Shown here in pieces: positions 25,240 to 32,920 of a stretch of DNA of 32,920 nt. Position 1 is the first letter of the stretch; each line of letters begins with the position of its first letter. Origin of the DNA: an uncultured Eubacteriales bacterium (GTDB lineage: Bacteria > Actinomycetota > Coriobacteriia > Anaerosomatales > PALSA-660); contig CAZHMA010000003.1 in NCBI GenBank assembly GCA_964533555.1, positions 2,777-35,696 of the forward strand, given 5' to 3'. The notes below the pieces were generated by a model. It made no database searches. It was given only the letters and a program-made list of their open reading frames with translations, and had not been told where the DNA came from. The position numbers and the translations under genes are program-made.

Positions 25240-26081
25240 ATGCCCTTCGCGCGCACGTAGTCCGCGACGTCCACGTTCAGGCGGATGTCCTCGAGCGTGA
25301 ACGTGGCCCACGGCTTGCCGTCGTCCATCCATGTGGCGGTGCCGACCGTGTTGGTCAGCACGCCGCCCAGTTCGGCCCACGTCGTGGCGTGGGTCATCCA
25401 CAGGGTCTTCTCGGGGCTCGTCGATGCGTGATAGCGCATCGTCTCGGTCCACGTCGGCAGGCCGGTCCCGGGGTCGAAGCGCACGACGAAACCCTGGGTC
25501 TCGTCCTTGAAGGGCACGACCAGTACGGCGGTGTCGCCGTCGACCGGCTCCCACTTCACGCGCGGATCGGTCACGAACAGCGCCGGGAACTGCCAGGACT
25601 CGGCCCACATCCCCTGGTTCGCCGACCACTCGACCTTGGGCCCCGAGTCCTTGCCGATGGCCGGGATCTCCATGAGGCTCGTCCCGTCGATGTAGCGCTC
25701 GTTGACGGTGATCACCGGGATCCCGAACCAGCACGCCTCTATGTAGTGGCGGTAGTCCCTGCCCGCGACGTGGGTGAAGCGGTAGCGGGCCGGGAACTCG
25801 ATGGGACCGGCCGGCCGGATTGTCGCGCGGCCGGTCAGCACGGCGGTCTCGGTCACCGGGACTGCGTCGCCGTAGATCCTGCGGTAGAAGCGCGCCACCG
25901 GCGCCGGGAGTCCGGCCGGAAGGGCAGTCGTCTCGATGGACGCCGGCTGGACCCCCGGGTAGTCGGGGAACGGGGCCGGCTGCACCCGCAGGCCCAGCCA
26001 CCCGACGAACAGCAGGGCCGCAAGCGCCCCTGTGACGATCAGTACGATGTTCACGATCTTCCTCGCCTTCATGACGCTCAT
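25236..26081 (-). CDS. Hypothetical N-terminally membrane-anchored protein (281 aa)
   Basis: MSVMKARKIVNIVLIVTGALAALLFVGWL is followed by a soluble domain. Family not recognised with confidence. The stop overlaps the VOC stop by 4 nt (CTAG). Confidence 0.6.
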   Translation of the reverse strand: MSVMKARKIVNIVLIVTGALAALLFVGWLGLRVQPAPFPDYPGVQPASIETTALPAGLPAPVARFYRRIYGDAVPVTETAVLTGRATIRPAGPIEFPARYRFTHVAGRDYRHYIEACWFGIPVITVNERYIDGTSLMEIPAIGKDSGPKVEWSANQGMWAESWQFPALFVTDPRVKWEPVDGDTAVLVVPFKDETQGFVVRFDPGTGLPTWTETMRYHASTSPEKTLWMTHATTWAELGGVLTNTVGTATWMDDGKPWATFTLEDIRLNVDVADYVRAKGI

Positions 26082-26101
26082 CCCGTCTTTCCGAAAGGGG
26101 C

Positions 26102-26130
26102 TTGACGCCCGTGTGTCCGGTCCGTAGTAT
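26102..26130 (+). promoter_or_regulatory. Promoter of the TetR-led operon (TTGACG-N17-TAGTAT)
   Basis: GGGGCTTGACG at 26097-26107 and TAGTAT at 26125-26130. This is the same architecture as the promoters at 13830 and 18811. Confidence 0.55.
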
Positions 26131-26150
26131 GCAAGCAAGCACTTGCATAC
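26127..26150. promoter_or_regulatory. TetR-type operator (GTATGCAAG-N6-CTTGCATAC)
   Basis: Perfect 9-bp inverted arms overlapping the -10 box and the predicted start site. They are nested inside the outer inverted repeat CTTGACG (26101-26107) / CGTCAAG (26150-26156). Confidence 0.6.
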
Positions 26151-26169
26151 GTCAAGAGGGAGCGTGGAG

Positions 26170-26772
26170 ATGACCGCAGCGGAACGAGAGGCCGGCGACG
26201 CCATCCTGGTCTCCGCCGCCGAGCTGTTCGCGGAGCGCGGGTACAAGGGCACCACCACCCGGGCTATCGCCGAGCGCGCCGGGGTGAACGAGGTCACGAT
26301 CTTCCGCCGGTTCAAGAACAAGCAGGGTGTCCTCGTGGCCCTTGGCGCGTCGTGGGCCGGTCGCATGGCGGGGTTCGCGGTGACGAGCATCCCTGACCCC
26401 TCGGACACGAGGGGGACCCTCGAGGCGCTCGCGCGCCTGGAGGTGCTGCAGGCCGTCGAGTTCGGAGGTGTGGCGATGCGGCTGGCGATGGACGCCCGCT
26501 CGAACCCGGAGGTCGCCGAAGTGATGGGCGGAGGCCCGGGGCAGAACTTCGCGGGGCTCGTCGCCTATCTGAAGGAGCGCCAGAAGGCGGGCGATCTGCG
26601 CGGCGACATCGATCCGCGCGTGATGGCCGAGGCGTTCTTCGCCTTGACGTCCCAGACGGTGATGTCCAGGCAGGTGCTCGGAGACACGACCGAGTACGAG
26701 CTGCCGGTGGAAGCCGTGAGCGGTCCGCTGTTCGAGCTGTTCATGAGCGGTGTCACGAAGGGCGTGGAGTAG
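26170..26772 (+). CDS. TetR/AcrR family transcriptional regulator
   Basis: HTH TTTRAIAERAGVNEVTIFRRFKNKQGVL. GAGGGAG (26155-26161) lies 8 nt before ATG 26170; the ORF-track start at 26143 lies inside the operator. Confidence 0.85.
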   Translation: MTAAEREAGDAILVSAAELFAERGYKGTTTRAIAERAGVNEVTIFRRFKNKQGVLVALGASWAGRMAGFAVTSIPDPSDTRGTLEALARLEVLQAVEFGGVAMRLAMDARSNPEVAEVMGGGPGQNFAGLVAYLKERQKAGDLRGDIDPRVMAEAFFALTSQTVMSRQVLGDTTEYELPVEAVSGPLFELFMSGVTKGVE

Positions 26773-27420
26773 TTGAGCGAGGAGATCACGCGGCGACGGT
26801 TCCTCAAGCTGGGAATCGGCGCCGCAGCGGGAATCACCGTGTTCGGAGCGGGGTATGCGGCAACATGGGCGCCGGAGCTGGAGCAGCCCCGGTCGAAGAT
26901 GGGAGCGGGCATGAGCAAGGTACTGGTGGTCTACGGAACGGGCAGCGGCTGCACGACGGGCGTCGCGGAGCGTATCGGCAAGGCGCTGGCCGAGAAGGGC
27001 GCGTCCGTCGAGGTCGTCCCGGCGAAGGACGCACCGGCGCCCGAGGGCTACGACGCGGTCGTGGTGGGAAGCGGCATCCGGGCGGGCCAGTGGCACGCGC
27101 CGGTCAAGGAGTGGGTGGCGAAGAACGCCGGGACGCTGAAGCAGACGCCCGTCGCGTTCTACACCGCATGCCTCACGCTCGCGCAGGATCCCGGCAAGAC
27201 CGACGAGGTGCGCGCCTACACGGACCCCGTCATCACGGAGACGGGCGTGGAGCCGGTCGACACCGGGATGTTCGCAGGGTGGAACGAGCCGAAGCGGTTC
27301 TCCTTCATCGAGCGCACGATCCTCAAGATGATGAAGGCGCCCGAGGGCGACTTCCGTGACTGGTCGAAGATCGATGCCTGGGCGGCCGAAACGGCGCCCA
27401 AGCTCGGGCTGACGGGCTAG
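26773..27420 (+). CDS. Flavodoxin-like (HemG/Flavodoxin_5-type) protein with N-terminal twin-arginine signal
   Basis: TRRRFLKLGIGAAAGITVFGAGYA is a consensus Tat signal. The flavodoxin core starts at MSKVLVVYGTGSGCTTG. TTG 26773 abuts the upstream TAG. An alternative internal ATG 26911 has GGGAG 5 nt upstream. Confidence 0.7.
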   Translation: MSEEITRRRFLKLGIGAAAGITVFGAGYAATWAPELEQPRSKMGAGMSKVLVVYGTGSGCTTGVAERIGKALAEKGASVEVVPAKDAPAPEGYDAVVVGSGIRAGQWHAPVKEWVAKNAGTLKQTPVAFYTACLTLAQDPGKTDEVRAYTDPVITETGVEPVDTGMFAGWNEPKRFSFIERTILKMMKAPEGDFRDWSKIDAWAAETAPKLGLTG

Positions 27421-28260
27421 GTGGCCGGGATGCAGCGCCACAAGACCGGTTTCGTGCTGTCCTGGATCGTTGCGGCGCTGGCGACCGTGGTGTCGGTCGG
27501 CGGGCTGTTCTGGGGCGGGCTCTACCGCGACAACGCCATGATCAAGGCGGCGATGCAGGGCAACGACCTGGTCACGCTCGTGCTGGTCGTGCCGCTCATG
27601 ATCGTGGCGATGGTGTTCGTGCGGCGCGGCTCGCAGCGCGCCGAGCTCGTCTGGCTCGGGACGGTCGTCTACATGCTGTACAACTTCGCGTTCTACTTGT
27701 TCGGCTGCGCCTTCAACCGCTTCTTCTGGCTCTACGTCGCGCTGTTCTCGCTTTCGATCTGGGCGCTCGTGTTCTCGGTGCCGCGACTGGACGTGGCGGC
27801 GATGGTACGCGGCATGCGCGCGAAGACGCCGGTGCGGTGGGTCGCCGGGTGGATGTTCGCGCTGGGCGCGCAGCTGGGTGTGATGTGGTTGGTGCGCTCG
27901 GCGTCGTTCTGGACGACGGGCGTCGTGCCTGTCGACGTGACGCAGACCGGCAACCCCACGGCCATCGTCTACGCCCTGGACGGGTCGATCCTCATCCCGG
28001 CGTTCATCATCGCCGCCGTCATGCTGTGGAACCGCAAGCCGTGGGGCTATGCGATGTCGGTGATCGTGATGGTCAAGGGCGTCGCGTACGCCATCGGCCT
28101 GCAGGCCATGTCGTACTTCGCCAACGTCCAGACGGGCACGCCCGATCCGCTCACGCCGTTCTACGCGTATCTCGGTCTGTTCAGCGCGCTGGCGCTCGGG
28201 GCTATGCTGGTCGGCATGCGGCCGGCGGCGGCATCGGGCGTCGTGACGGAGGGAGTGTAG
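27421..28260 (+). CDS. Hypothetical polytopic membrane protein (about 7 TM)
   Basis: GC3-rich and hydrophobic throughout. GTG 27421 abuts the TAG; ATG 27430 with AGGTGG 5 nt upstream is an equally good start. Confidence 0.65.
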   Translation: MAGMQRHKTGFVLSWIVAALATVVSVGGLFWGGLYRDNAMIKAAMQGNDLVTLVLVVPLMIVAMVFVRRGSQRAELVWLGTVVYMLYNFAFYLFGCAFNRFFWLYVALFSLSIWALVFSVPRLDVAAMVRGMRAKTPVRWVAGWMFALGAQLGVMWLVRSASFWTTGVVPVDVTQTGNPTAIVYALDGSILIPAFIIAAVMLWNRKPWGYAMSVIVMVKGVAYAIGLQAMSYFANVQTGTPDPLTPFYAYLGLFSALALGAMLVGMRPAAASGVVTEGV

Positions 28261-29079
28261 GTGGGTCTGCATCTCGAGGAACACGGAACGGAAGGCGCGC
28301 CCTCGATCGTCTTCCTGCACGGTGGCGGAGGAGCGGGCTGGATGTGGCGCCCGCAGGTCGAGGCGCTGAAGAGCGACTTCCACCTGCTGGTGCCGGACCT
28401 GCCTGAGCAGGGGCGGAGCACCGACGCCGGGCCGTTCACGATGGCTTCGGCCGCCGGACAGGTCGCGGACCTCATCCGGTCGCGGGCGCGTGGCGGCGTG
28501 GCCCACGTCGTCGGCCTGTCGGAGGGTGCGCAGGTCGGGGTCGAGCTTCTTGCCACGGCACCGGAGGTCGTTTCGACCGCGGTGCTGTCGAGCCCGCTCG
28601 TTCGGCCGATCCCCGGCGGATCGCTGATGACACCGGGAGTCGTGCGGTGGTCGTACCGGCTCTCGGTCGCCCCATTGCGCGGCTCCGACTGGTGGATCCG
28701 GCTCAACATGCGCTCGGCGGCCGGCGTCCCGGACGCCTACTTCCCGGAGTTCCGCGAGAGCTTCCGGACGCTGACCGAGTCGGGATTCGTGGACCTGATG
28801 ACCGCGAACCAGAGCTACCGGCTCCCGGACGGACTCGGCCGCGCGCAGGCCCGGACGCTCGTCGTCGCGGGTGCGAACGAGTACCGGGCCATGCGGGAGT
28901 CGGTCCGCGAGGTGGCGGCGGCCCTTCCCAACGGGACGGCGCGGCTCGTACGGCACCCGGGGAAGATGAGCCTGGCTCAGGAGCACAACTGGAACATGAC
29001 CGCGCCCGAGCTGTTCAACCGCGTGGTGCGCGAGTGGATCTCCGGGGATGCGCTGCCCGCCGAACTGGTCGAGGCCTGA
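28261..29079 (+). CDS. Alpha/beta hydrolase fold protein
   Basis: Oxyanion-hole region IVFLHGGGG and nucleophile elbow GLSEG. GGAGGGAG lies 6 nt before GTG 28261, which abuts the upstream TAG. Confidence 0.8.
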   Translation: MGLHLEEHGTEGAPSIVFLHGGGGAGWMWRPQVEALKSDFHLLVPDLPEQGRSTDAGPFTMASAAGQVADLIRSRARGGVAHVVGLSEGAQVGVELLATAPEVVSTAVLSSPLVRPIPGGSLMTPGVVRWSYRLSVAPLRGSDWWIRLNMRSAAGVPDAYFPEFRESFRTLTESGFVDLMTANQSYRLPDGLGRAQARTLVVAGANEYRAMRESVREVAAALPNGTARLVRHPGKMSLAQEHNWNMTAPELFNRVVREWISGDALPAELVEA

Positions 29080-29080
29080 T

Positions 29081-29494
29081 GTGATCCACCCGAACGACCG
29101 CGACGAGACCGACCTGTGCGGCGAATGCGGCGGCCTGTGCTGCGCGCTCTATCTGGCGCACGACGAGAACGGCGACTACATCGGCGACGGCTGGCTGCCG
29201 GACTACATCGACGTGTGGACGCAGCGGCTTGTCGCGAGCGGGGCCTTGGCGATCGACACGGACGGCTCGATGGTCGCGGGCGAGGCGGGCGTCGAGCCGC
29301 TGCACGACCCACGGCTCAGCCACCGGCCGGATGCCGAGGGGGAGGCCTACCGGGCGGCGCTGCCTGAGTGGGTGGACGTGCGGAAATGCCAGTTCTGCCA
29401 TCCGGAGACCGGCTGCCTCCTGCCGCGGAGCCACCGCGCGCCGATATGCGGAGAGTGGGTCTGCGGTCTGTGGGAGGAGCGGGAGCGGCGCTGA
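29081..29494 (+). CDS. YkgJ-family cysteine-cluster protein (putative Zn/Fe-binding)
   Basis: CGECGGLCC (CxxCxxxCC) near the N-terminus and CQFCHPETGC...ICGEWVC near the C-terminus. GTG 29081 is 1 nt after the upstream TGA. Confidence 0.6.
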   Translation: MIHPNDRDETDLCGECGGLCCALYLAHDENGDYIGDGWLPDYIDVWTQRLVASGALAIDTDGSMVAGEAGVEPLHDPRLSHRPDAEGEAYRAALPEWVDVRKCQFCHPETGCLLPRSHRAPICGEWVCGLWEERERR

Positions 29495-29501
29495 CGGGCG
29501 T

Positions 29502-30077
29502 TCAGCCCACCGGCGCCCGACCCTCCAGGGCCGCCGCGACGGTCTTGGCGATGCGCCGCGCGCGGGTCTCGGGCCGTTTCGCGCTCGCGATCCAGTAGAG
29601 CCCGATGCGCCTGGCGCCCGCCGGGAGCGCGGCGAAGCGCGGAGATGCGCCGGGTGCCGCTTCGAGCGCGACGGCCAGGTCGACCGGCACGGTGAGGTCA
29701 TCGATGTCGTTCAGGAGGTTCCAGGAGCCGTCGACCTTGGCCCGCTCCACGACGGCGCGGCCCGCCGGAGTCATCATGCCGAGCTCCTCGAGCCGGGCGA
29801 TCCGCGCCTTGTTCGTCGCCGCCCACACGCTGCCCGGCTTGCGCGGGGTGAAGAGGACGGTGTAGCGGTCGTCGTCCAGCCGGCGCGCGGTGCTGTCGAT
29901 CCAGCCGAAGGCCAGCCCCTCCTCCACGGCGTCGTCGTACGTGAGTGAGGTGATCGTCCTGCCCTTCTTGCCGACGGCGAGGAGCACGCCGCGAGAGGTC
30001 GCGTGGTTGTTCGCGAGCCAGGCGCGCAGCTCGGCGCGGGAAGCGGGCTCCAGCAGGGGGTAGCGGGCGGGTGGCAT
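29502..30077 (-). CDS. YdeI/OmpD-associated family protein
   Basis: ELRAWLANNHATSRGVLLAVGKKG...YDDAVEEGLAFGWIDSTARRLDDDRYTVLFTPRKPGSVW...N is typical of YdeI/DUF1801-type proteins. Only the last 191 codons of the 1079-aa track ORF are taken. Confidence 0.75.
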   Translation of the reverse strand: MPPARYPLLEPASRAELRAWLANNHATSRGVLLAVGKKGRTITSLTYDDAVEEGLAFGWIDSTARRLDDDRYTVLFTPRKPGSVWAATNKARIARLEELGMMTPAGRAVVERAKVDGSWNLLNDIDDLTVPVDLAVALEAAPGASPRFAALPAGARRIGLYWIASAKRPETRARRIAKTVAAALEGRAPVG

Positions 30078-30200
30078 GGCGTCCTCGAGGCGGCGTGGCG
30101 GGTCTCCGCTCGGATAGTACCCGCAGCGCCGCGGTGTTGGAGGTCCCGCTCGCCGAAGGGCGCGGGGTATACGATGTATGCCGGAAGGATCGGGGGGTGC

Positions 30201-32798
30201 ATGGCCGGCGGAGGGGCGATAGGTCCGAAGGCGGAGTCGCTGAAGCGGCTCGGCGACTCCGGTCTGCCGGTGCCCGCCCCGCGGTTCCTTGGCGTGGACG
30301 CCTACCACGAGCAGGCGGCGCGAGCAGGCGTCGCTGCCCTGCTTGCGGCGAACGTTCCAGCCTCCGAGGTCCGCGCGGCGATCCACGAGACTCCCTTGGC
30401 CGATGACGTCGCGGCGCAGCTCAGCTCCTGGCATGACGAGCTGGGCGCCGGTCTTGCGGTCCGCTCGTCCGGCACCGCTGAGGACCTGCCGCACGCGAGT
30501 TTCGCCGGTCAGCACGGCACCTTCTTCGTCACGAACGCCGACGACCTGGCTGCGCGCGTCCGCGACTGCTGGGCGTCGCTCTTCTCGGACCGCGCGGTCG
30601 CGTACCGCGACGTTCGCGGGATCAGCACGGACGGCGCCGCGATGGCCGTCATCGTGCAGCGCCTCGTTCCGGCGGTGGCGGCGGGCGTCGCGTTCACGCG
30701 CGATCCGGTCACCGGCGCGGAGGACGTCGTGGTCGAGGCGTGTCTCGGCATCGGCGAGGCGCTGGTGTCGGGCAAGGTCACGCCCGATCGCTTCACGTTC
30801 GACCCCGCGGGGCTCGAACTGCTGGCCGCCGACCTGGGGCAGAAGCGCGTCCGCGTGGCCGTGAACCCGTGGGGCGGCGTGACGGAGACCCCGGTGCCGC
30901 CCGACGAGGCGTCCGCCGCGTGCATCGACGAGGGAGTCGCCCGGGAGGTCGCGCGGCTGGCCTTGTCGGCCGAAGGCGTCTTCGGCTGCCCCATCGACGT
31001 CGAGTGGGCGTGGGACGGCGAGCGCGTCTGGCTCCTGCAGGCCCGGCCGATCACCGCGTGCGCTCCGGTGTCCGGATCGCACTCCGCCGCCGTCCCGGCG
31101 ACCGGGCCGGCCCCGTCGGCGGAACCGGCTATCTGGAGCAACGTCAACACGGGCGAGATCCTGCCCGACGTGGCCACGCCCATGACGTGGACGATCATCC
31201 ATCATCACGCCCAGGAGATCTTCGGCGGCATGATGGGGGCCTTCGGCGTGCGCATCGACGCGCAGAAGGCGATCGGTCTGGTGGGAGGGCGGATCTACTT
31301 CAACCTCACCCTGCTTCGCGAGGCCTTCGATCACCTTCCGGGCGTGGACCTCGATGTGGTGCTCGGCGGGATGCACGACTTCGTGGAGCTGCCGCCGCAT
31401 GCGGTGCGGCCGGTGCCGCGATGGGCGAAAGCGCTGGCCGTGACGAAGGCCGCATTCGCGATGCCCGGCTATGTCTTGCGCCACACGCCGAAGAAGGCAC
31501 AGCGCTTCGCTGCGTACATGCGGCGAAGGACGGACGGGGCGATGCGCGAGATCGCGGCCGGCCCCGACGCGGCAGAGGCCTACCGGCTCTTCGTCTCGCT
31601 CAACGACGACTTCTCCGAGTTCAACGACACGCTCGCGTTCATGGCGGTCGCGATGTTCGGCTTCGGCCTCCTCGGCGGCCTCACCGGACGGTGGCTCGGT
31701 GACGAGTCCGGAGCGCTGGCGAACAGGCTGGTGTCGGGGCAGGGCGACGTGGCATCGGCGGACGCGGGACACGCGCTGTGGGGCCTGAGCGTGCTCGCGC
31801 GAGGCGCGCAGAGCGTCGCCGGAGCGGTGCTTGTCGGCTCCGGATGGAGCGATGTGCGGGCGCGGCTCGTGGCGACGTCGGAAGCCGGCGACCGGGACGC
31901 GGCAGCGTTCCTCGCGGCGTGGGACGTGTTCATGTCCGAGTACGGGCATCACCGCCGCGGCGAACTCGAGTTCGCGAACCCCGGCTGGGCCGAGCAACCC
32001 GACTATGTCCTCGGGCTGGTGCGCTCCTATCTGACCGAAGACCGTGGAAGCGACCCCATGGCGGCCTACGCCGAGCGCGCGGCGGGAGCCGAGCACGCGG
32101 GCGCCGAGGCCCTCGAGCGGCTCGGCGGCCTGAAGCGTGTCATCTTCCGTCACGTGCTCGCATGGGGCCGCGCGAGCGCTCGCACGCGCGAGAACGTGAA
32201 GAGCGAGGCGGTGCGGTGGCTCATGGCCATCAGGCACTCCCTGCTGGCACTCGGTGCGCGGATGGTCGAGGCGGGGACGCTCGGACGCGCCGACGACATC
32301 TTCTTCCTGGAGTACGGTGAGCTGCCGGCCCTTGTAGCGGGCGAGGCTCGCGATTGGCGTTCCTTGACCGCCTCGCGCCGGACGGAACACGAGCGTCTGG
32401 AGAAGCTCTCTCCGCCGCCCGTTGTGCTCGGAGAGTGGGACGAGGGGTCGGGCCCCTGGACGGTCGCGTCGAGTGTCCGGGTGCTCAAGGGCATCAGTGT
32501 GAGCGCGGGCGTCGCGCGCGGTCGCGCGCGCGTCTTCGCGACGGTCGACACCAATGAGGCGGTCCTGCCCGGCGAGATCCTCGTGGCCCCGTTCACGGAC
32601 CCCGGTTGGACGCCCTACTTCGTTCCCGCCGCCGGCATCGTGATGGACATGGGCGGGCTGCTCAGCCACGGCAGCATCATCGCGCGCGAGTACGGGATAC
32701 CGGCGGTGGTGAACGTCGGCCCCGCCACGCGGATCATCCACACCGGGGACCTCATCGAGGTCGATGGTGAGAAGGGCGAGGTCCGGATCCTCGAGTGA
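30201..32798 (+). CDS. PEP-utilising enzyme family protein with rifampicin-phosphotransferase-like architecture (865 aa)
   Basis: N-terminal ATP-grasp/PPDK_N motif VRSSGTAEDLPHASFAGQHGTF and EWAWDGERVWLLQARPIT. C-terminal swivelling His domain APFTDPGWTPYF...GGLLSHGSIIAREYGIPAV. Start is 30201 or 30174; earlier starts would overlap ydeI. Confidence 0.8.
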   Translation: MAGGGAIGPKAESLKRLGDSGLPVPAPRFLGVDAYHEQAARAGVAALLAANVPASEVRAAIHETPLADDVAAQLSSWHDELGAGLAVRSSGTAEDLPHASFAGQHGTFFVTNADDLAARVRDCWASLFSDRAVAYRDVRGISTDGAAMAVIVQRLVPAVAAGVAFTRDPVTGAEDVVVEACLGIGEALVSGKVTPDRFTFDPAGLELLAADLGQKRVRVAVNPWGGVTETPVPPDEASAACIDEGVAREVARLALSAEGVFGCPIDVEWAWDGERVWLLQARPITACAPVSGSHSAAVPATGPAPSAEPAIWSNVNTGEILPDVATPMTWTIIHHHAQEIFGGMMGAFGVRIDAQKAIGLVGGRIYFNLTLLREAFDHLPGVDLDVVLGGMHDFVELPPHAVRPVPRWAKALAVTKAAFAMPGYVLRHTPKKAQRFAAYMRRRTDGAMREIAAGPDAAEAYRLFVSLNDDFSEFNDTLAFMAVAMFGFGLLGGLTGRWLGDESGALANRLVSGQGDVASADAGHALWGLSVLARGAQSVAGAVLVGSGWSDVRARLVATSEAGDRDAAAFLAAWDVFMSEYGHHRRGELEFANPGWAEQPDYVLGLVRSYLTEDRGSDPMAAYAERAAGAEHAGAEALERLGGLKRVIFRHVLAWGRASARTRENVKSEAVRWLMAIRHSLLALGARMVEAGTLGRADDIFFLEYGELPALVAGEARDWRSLTASRRTEHERLEKLSPPPVVLGEWDEGSGPWTVASSVRVLKGISVSAGVARGRARVFATVDTNEAVLPGEILVAPFTDPGWTPYFVPAAGIVMDMGGLLSHGSIIAREYGIPAVVNVGPATRIIHTGDLIEVDGEKGEVRILE

Positions 32799-32803
32799 AC
32801 CGG

Positions 32804-32920
32804 CTACCCCCGGGTCGCCGGGATCGCCGTTCCGCCCAGGCGCGCCAGCGCCTCTCCCAGGTCGATCGAAGCAGGCATCCGCTCAGTCCCGCTGATCGCG
32901 GCCCGGTCGAGCGCCGCCGA
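32804..32920 (-). CDS. Possible 3' end of a minus-strand gene (38 codons, 5' part outside the window)
   Basis: The open GC3-rich frame reads ...SAALDRAAISGTERMPASIDLGEALARLGGTAIPATRG-stop (CTA at 32804-32806). It is too short to identify. Confidence 0.3.
   Translation of the reverse strand, partial: SAALDRAAISGTERMPASIDLGEALARLGGTAIPATRG

Noticed and set aside
26152-28986. A 944-aa minus-strand ORF spanning the TetR-flavodoxin-membrane-hydrolase operon.
   Set aside because: It is antisense to four plus-strand genes with recognisable motifs and SD sequences. Its product is an Arg/His/Pro/Gly-rich string with no motif, so it is a high-GC shadow ORF.
29502-32741. A 1079-aa minus-strand ORF, the longest in the track.
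   Set aside because: From about 30200 onward it is antisense to the PEP-utilising enzyme, which carries clear family motifs. Its product there is Arg/Gly/Pro/Asp-rich low-complexity sequence typical of shadow ORFs in high-GC DNA. Only the last 191 codons (29502..30077, YdeI family) look real.

Overview
This is a 32.9-kb, visibly high-G+C (not computed) bacterial chromosomal segment. Strong AGGAGG-type ribosome-binding sites, many 1-8 nt start/stop overlaps and the gene content look Actinomycetota-like, but that is an inference. I support about 40 protein-coding genes on both strands. I found no rRNA, tRNA, CRISPR array, transposase or integrase. All family calls come from motif recognition by eye; no database search was run.

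Gene content, left to right:
- MacB-type ABC ATPase (5' partial) plus an 841-aa double-FtsX permease.
- A TIGR00300/LOR-SDH-like protein and a 193-aa orphan.
- msrA-msrB, then an SDR.
- A translationally coupled trio: amphipathic-helix protein, LiaF-TM-like membrane protein, AlkA-like glycosylase.
- A mini membrane protein plus an orphan PAS histidine kinase.
- LysR regulator, EF-Tu-domain-2-like small protein, rubrerythrin.
- TetR with a divergent SRPBCC/membrane pair.
- Acyltransferase-3, aldo-keto reductase and an EamA transporter.
- A PadR / HAAS-sensor / toastrack lipoprotein / PLDc_N operon.
- A nitroreductase-like protein, then psuK-psuG-VOC.
- A TetR-led operon: Tat-signal flavodoxin-like protein, polytopic membrane protein, alpha/beta hydrolase, YkgJ Cys-cluster protein.
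- YdeI, and an 865-aa rifampicin-phosphotransferase-like PEP-utilising enzyme.

The most interesting signal is hidden by the ORF track. msrA is really 5338..6039. It carries an in-frame TGA (5434-5436) exactly at the catalytic Cys of the GCFWG motif, followed 12 nt later by a SECIS-like hairpin with a GGUUC loop. That makes it a candidate selenocysteine-MsrA rather than the N-terminally truncated ORF at 5491.

Secondary points:
- A tandemly duplicated promoter and a structured 480-nt spacer lie in front of the kinase-less PadR envelope-stress-like module.
- A perfect twin-arginine signal is fused to a flavodoxin-like protein that also has an internal SD+ATG.
- There are several clear TetR/LysR operator palindromes.
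- Many very long ORFs in the track are antisense shadows typical of high-GC DNA.
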